A stretch of 64,000 nucleotides of DNA from the NCBI GenBank assembly GCA_951406725.2, contig CATOCA020000001.1, forward strand, positions 8,804,001-8,868,000, written 5' to 3'. The notes beneath the pieces were generated by a model. That model did not search any database, had not been told where the DNA came from, and worked only from the letters and a program-made list of their open reading frames with translations. Source of the DNA: Octopus vulgaris (lineage: Eukaryota). Below are positions 58,979-64,000 of this stretch, piece by piece. How positions within the stretch are numbered: position 1 is the first letter of the stretch; every line of letters starts with the position of its first letter. A program made the position numbers and the translations under genes.

Positions 58979-59191
58979 CTGATCTAACATGGTCATGTGC
59001 TCCACCTCAGAATGAAAGTTGTTTTCTCTTTTTAACGCCAGATGCAGGCAATTATTTCCTCCATGTTCGACAACATTTACATTCGCGCCCCTGGCTATCA
59101 GCCGCTGCATTATTCCGAGGTGACCGTTCGAAACAGCTTCAAGCAATGGTGTCCTATATTCTTTGTTCACAATTTCTAAATTCACCGAATC
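58979..59191 (-). CDS. Host gene exon: ankyrin repeats (ANK-RING-death domain protein, MIB2-like)
   Basis: Polypyrimidine acceptor ...ccacaaag|GAT and donor CAG|gtaagt. 213 bp, phase 0-0. Peptide DSVNLEIVNKEYRTPLLEAVSNGHLGIMQRLIARGANVNVVEHGGNNCLHLAL... fits the ankyrin consensus (TPLxxAxxxGHxxxxxxLxxxGANVN). Confidence 0.9.
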
Positions 59192-60226
59192 CTTTGTGGA
59201 GGTAAAAATGGAAAATGAAAATTTACATGAAAATCAGGGTTGATATCAATGTCATTACAGTTTTCTACTGGGTACTAGATCAAACTGATCAAATACATTT
59301 GATGTTTGTCAGTGAAATAAATCTTCCATAAGGACCTTCTATAACCTGATACATGTGTGTGTTAGAGACATGATAAACATATTAAGATGTCCTACATTTG
59401 CCCCTCACTATAGTAAGTTGTAGGGCAACAGAACTAGAGTAAACACATGATTAGCAGATCAAGTCAAGTAAAGAAGAATTATAATTTCTAATGTTTACTT
59501 TTGACGTTGCTACATTAATAAGGGGTTCATAAAACTGCTGAGCCGGTTAGCGTCCACATGCATAAAACTAATGCGCACGCACGCACACACACATAAACAT
59601 CAGTGTTACATATATAAATACATATAATGAATTGGGGAAACGGAGTTCACGAGAATATGCATCACAACGACCGTTTCGACCCATCTTGCATCGGTCGCTT
59701 GCGGGTGGGCTACTATACAACGTGTTGTGTTGCATCCTCCAGTGCAGATGCATCTCATCGGGTACCTTGTTTTAATGTAAAGATACCTCACTAAATATAT
59801 TCAGTTTCACTTGACATGTTGTTGCTAGGAGCTTCTTGGATTACAACATGAGAGACAACAGCCTTCTGGCAACAACAACATTCCAAGCGAAACCGAATAT
59901 ATTTACAGAGGTATCTTCTTTAAAAGAAGACACCCGATGACATGCATCTGCAACGGAGGATGTACAACAACCAGTTATACAATATCCTACCTGCAAGGGC
60001 CCGATGCAAGATGGATTGAAACAATCGTTGCGATGAATGAAAATTCTCGTTAACTCCATTTTCTGCTTCCCTCAGTCATTATAAACTGAACGAACACTGC
60101 AGAATACATGAGGTAGATCCAGTGTCACTTATAGCTCAACTGTGGATGACATGAGGTAACCGAATCAGCGAAAGATCTTTAAGCGGCATACTTCTAAATG
60201 TATACACAAATTCCAAATAATTACAA

Positions 60227-60269
<43 letters not shown>

Positions 60270-60271
<2 letters not shown>

Positions 60272-62165
60272 GGGAGGATGATGCCTTGCACGGAAAGAAT
60301 TACAGAGGTATCACACTATTAGATGAAGCAATGAAAATTACTCAGAGGGTCACAGACAAAATAATTAGGACGTGTGTTAGACCAGAAGAGATGCAATTTG
60401 GTTTTGTGCCACAGCGAAGCACCTCTGATGCTATATTCCTGATAAGGCGGCTGCAGGAGAAGTACAAAGCCAAAGATAAACTCTTGTACTGGGCCTTTGT
60501 TAAACACGGAGAAAGGCTTTGACAGGATCCCTCGATCCCTTATTTGCTGGTCACTGCAAAAGCTAGGGATGGACGAATGGTTGGTGAGAGCGTTACAAGT
60601 CATGTACAGGGATGCTGTCAGTAAGGTGAGGTTTGGCATCGTGTGTAGCAATCAATTAGGGTACAAGTAGGGGTTCATCATGGATTAGTCCTCAGCGCCT
60701 TCCTGTTTATCAGAGTCCTCCAGGCAATAACAGAGGGATTTAAGATGACCGCTTCTAGGAGATCCCCAATGCTGATGACCTTGTTATCATAGCCGAATAA
60801 CTTTCAGAACTAGGTAAATTTTAGGTATATCAGTAAGGACTAGAATCAACGAGCCTTAAACTTCATCTAAAAAAAGCAATCTTAGTAAGTAGGAAAGCGG
60901 ACAATTCACAAATCCCCTTAGGAAGATGGCACTGTTTGATCTGTAGAAAAAGCGTAGGTAGGAAGTTCATAAGATGTGCCCAGTGTAAGGTATGGACACA
61001 TAAGTGTTGCAGCAATATCAGAGGAAGGTTAACGGGGATAATAGTTTTTCTGTGTGGAAGGTGCACAGGTACAATAAACAGCACAAATGTAGAGAAAATA
61101 GAGCCCATCAATTGCCAGGTAGGTAAGCTACTGGGAGTTGATAGTTTCCGCTATCTAGGTGGCCAAGTCAGGAGTGAGGTTTGTTCTTCCTTGAGTGTAG
61201 CTGCAAGAATAAGAATAAGACGTGCAAAGTTCAGAGTAATCTTAACTCTAATGGTAACAAAGAGCGTCTCCCTGAGATTGAAAGGCAGACGTTATGATGC
61301 CTGTGTGTAAACAACTATGTTACATGTCAGTGAAACATGGGATGTGACCTCTCTGAGGACTTCCATAGGCTTGAAAGAAATGAAGCCAGTAGGCCTCGCT
61401 GGATGTAAAATGTCAGTGTGCATGTACGACAGAGTATAGGAGTCTTGAGAGAAAAGCTGAGCATTGAAGACATCAAATAGGGTGTGCAAGAGAGACGTCT
61501 GCGTTGGTATGGTCTTGCGATGTGTATGGACATGGGCAGCTGTATCAAAAAGTGCCGATCTCTAACTGTGGAAGGATCCTTTGGAAGACGGAGACCCAAG
61601 AAGACTTTCGATGAGTTGATGAAGAATGATCTCCAACCGTTGGACATCATAGAGGAGATGACAAGTGACCGAGAGCCCTGGTGATATTCTCTGCGGGAGA
61701 GGACATGTCAGGCCAAGTGACGATAAGGATGTGGTCGTGCCAGTGTCCTATAAGTGGCAGCCGTGCATCATAGCCGTGGCTGTTCGCTTCCGGTGCCATG
61801 TCAATGACACCTGGGTATCATAGTTGTGGTCACCGATGGTGCCATGTAAATTGGCACCTGGGAATTATCGTCGTTGGTGGTGCCATTTAAATGGCAACCA
61901 TCCGTGAATCGTAGTCGTGGCCATTGTCGGTGTCATGCAAGTGGCACCCGTGCCGGTGGCATCTGAAAGCACCAGTTACACACCTGGGGTGGTTAGCATT
62001 AGGAAGGACATCGAGCTGTAGAAACCATGCCAAATCAGACAGGAACGTGGGGCAGCTCACCGACTCATAATCTCCTGTCAAAACAGCCGACATATGCCAG
62101 TATGGTGAGTGGATGTTAAATGATGATAATGATGGTGATGATGATGATGATGATGATGGTGATAA
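60270..62165 (+). mobile_element. Decayed RTE-like LINE (RT with Cys-rich insertion), 3' UTR and (GAT)n tail
   Basis: NYRGITLL, MQFGFVP.RST.DAIF, KAFDR, ADDL, CRKSVG..C.QC..W.HKCCS...CGRC, FRYLG, RRLRWYG. Confidence 0.85.
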
Positions 62166-62224
62166 TGCACAAATAGAGACATAGACATACACAAATATGA
62201 AAATAACAATCAAAACTATCATTG

Positions 62225-62262
<38 letters not shown>

Positions 62263-62352
62263 GTGTATATTTAGGGCTAAAAACCACTATGTGGACAGCC
62301 ATATGCTAGAAGAAGATCACATACGATCTAACCATAAATCCATTCATCTCCA

Positions 62353-62457
<105 letters not shown>

Positions 62458-62987
62458 TGTTTCTTTATTAGCCACACAGGGCTGCACACAGATAGAACAA
62501 ATTACAAGGTAGAGCTTTTCTTTTGAAGGTTTAAAAAAAAAAGAAAAGGAAGGGGGAGTTTCGATCAAAAGGGATCGTAAAAGGAGAGAAAGAGGACAAA
62601 AAAAGGGGGGTTAAAAAAAGGGGTGAGGAAAAAAAAATTTTTTTTTTTTGATCAATACGGATCGTTATCACAGAAATGTCAATATGAAGTGTAAAGGGGA
62701 GGACAGGTGAGGTTTACCCGTGGAAAGAAAAGCCTACGGAAAAGACCACGGTAACCTCGGTCAATGGAGTCACATGTTATATTTCTTTTTTTTTTTTGCG
62801 AATAAGCAACTCTCTGTTTTCAATTTCTGGGTTCATAGGATCATGCTCAAGGTGGCTTCGTCATTCATACGTGCCATTCTTGCTACATTCACCCATCTTT
62901 TTTTAAAACATTCGCTAGACAAAACTTGCCTCTCTACTCTCACTTTCCTTTTCAAGTGGTACTTGAAGAAGTTGATGAGAGATTGAC
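62458..62987 (-). mobile_element. Short 5'-truncated copy of the Tx1-like LINE
   Basis: Reverse complement of about 6203-6750; flanked on both sides by (GATA/GACA)n. Confidence 0.9.
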
Positions 62988-63034
62988 AGACAGATAGACA
63001 GAAAGATATATAGATAGATAGATAGATATAGATA

Positions 63035-64000
63035 TGTTTCTTTATTAGCCACACAGGGCTGCACACAGATAGAACAAATTACAAGGTAGAGCTTTTCTTT
63101 TGAAGGTTTAAAAAAAAAAAATAAAAAAAGGAAGGGGGAGTTTCGATCAAAAGGGATCGTAAAAGGAGAGAAAGAGGACAAAAAAAGGGGGTTAAAAAAA
63201 GGGGGAGAGGAAAAAAAAAAATTGATCAATAGGGATCGTTATCACAGAAATGTCAATATGAAGTGTAAAGGGGAGGACAGGTGAGGTTTACCCGTGGAAA
63301 GAAAAGCCTACGGAAAAGACCACGGTAACCTCGGTCAATGGAGTCACATGTTATATTTCTTTTTTCTTTTTTTTTTGCAAATAAGCAACTCTCTGTTTTC
63401 AATTTCTGGGTTCATAGGATCATGCTCAAGGTGGCTTCGTCATTCATACGTGCCATTCTTGCTACATTCACCCTTCTTTTTAAAACATTCGCTAGACAAA
63501 ACTTGCCTCTCTACTCTCACTTTCCTTTTCAAGTGGTACTTGAGGAAGTTGATGAGAGATTGACCAGAGAGGAAAGTGTTTGTCTCCAATCCTTTCAGAG
63601 GCATCCACCAGATACATTCTTTCGCCATAGCCACAAGGATGATGAAAATAGCTCTTCCTTCCGGTTTGAAGGAGGGAGGCGTGACAATATTAACGATAGA
63701 CTCAGCTGATAAACCGACTCGTCCCACACGTGACAGCAGTTGTTCGACACAAGCCCACAGGTCGGAAATTGTTGGACACTGCACGAGTGCGTGCAGAACG
63801 GTTTCGTCGCTCTGACCGCATCTCGGGCAGGTCGGCCCCGTGTTTCTCGAGCCGTGTCTGTAAAGCTTATCCCGAACGGGTAGCGCTTCTCAGTAGCACT
63901 GCCAGGCCAGGGATCTCTGGAAGTTGTCCATGGGCCCTGGCCCGAAAGTCGTCCTGAACAGGCGGGTCAGGTACTCCTCGTCGACGTCCAGGTTCGCCCC
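63035..64000 (-). mobile_element. Tx1-like LINE copy running off the window
   Basis: Reverse complement of about 5767-6750; 3' end followed by (ATCT)n. Confidence 0.92.

Overview
Eukaryotic, AT-rich, repeat-saturated DNA. The SINE/LINE families look like those of an octopus (coleoid cephalopod); this is inference from repeat recognition. One host gene could be assembled by hand on the minus strand from eight AG/GT-bounded, phase-compatible exons (59191 to 34385; the 5' part was not found). It encodes ankyrin repeats, a RING-HC-like finger with Asp in place of the His ligand, four short paralogous phase-1/1 exons, and a C-terminal death domain (mind-bomb/MIB2-like ANK-RING plus DD). The rest is transposon debris: tRNA-derived SINEs, Dong/R4-like, Tx1-like, CR1-like, RTE-like and Penelope-like retroelements, a Ty3/gypsy pol, and mariner, hAT, Chapaev3-like, Sola2-like and Helitron remnants. 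There are also very long (ATT)n, (CT)n and (TTTC)n tracts. Most long ORFs in the track are microsatellite artefacts. The main curiosities are the tandem array of duplicated death-domain-entry exons, a Tx1-like LINE always ending in (ATCT)n, a Penelope-like element whose terminal repeat carries a tRNA-like module, and SINE tails matching the local CR1-like LINE. Element boundaries were read by eye and are approximate unless splice sites are quoted.
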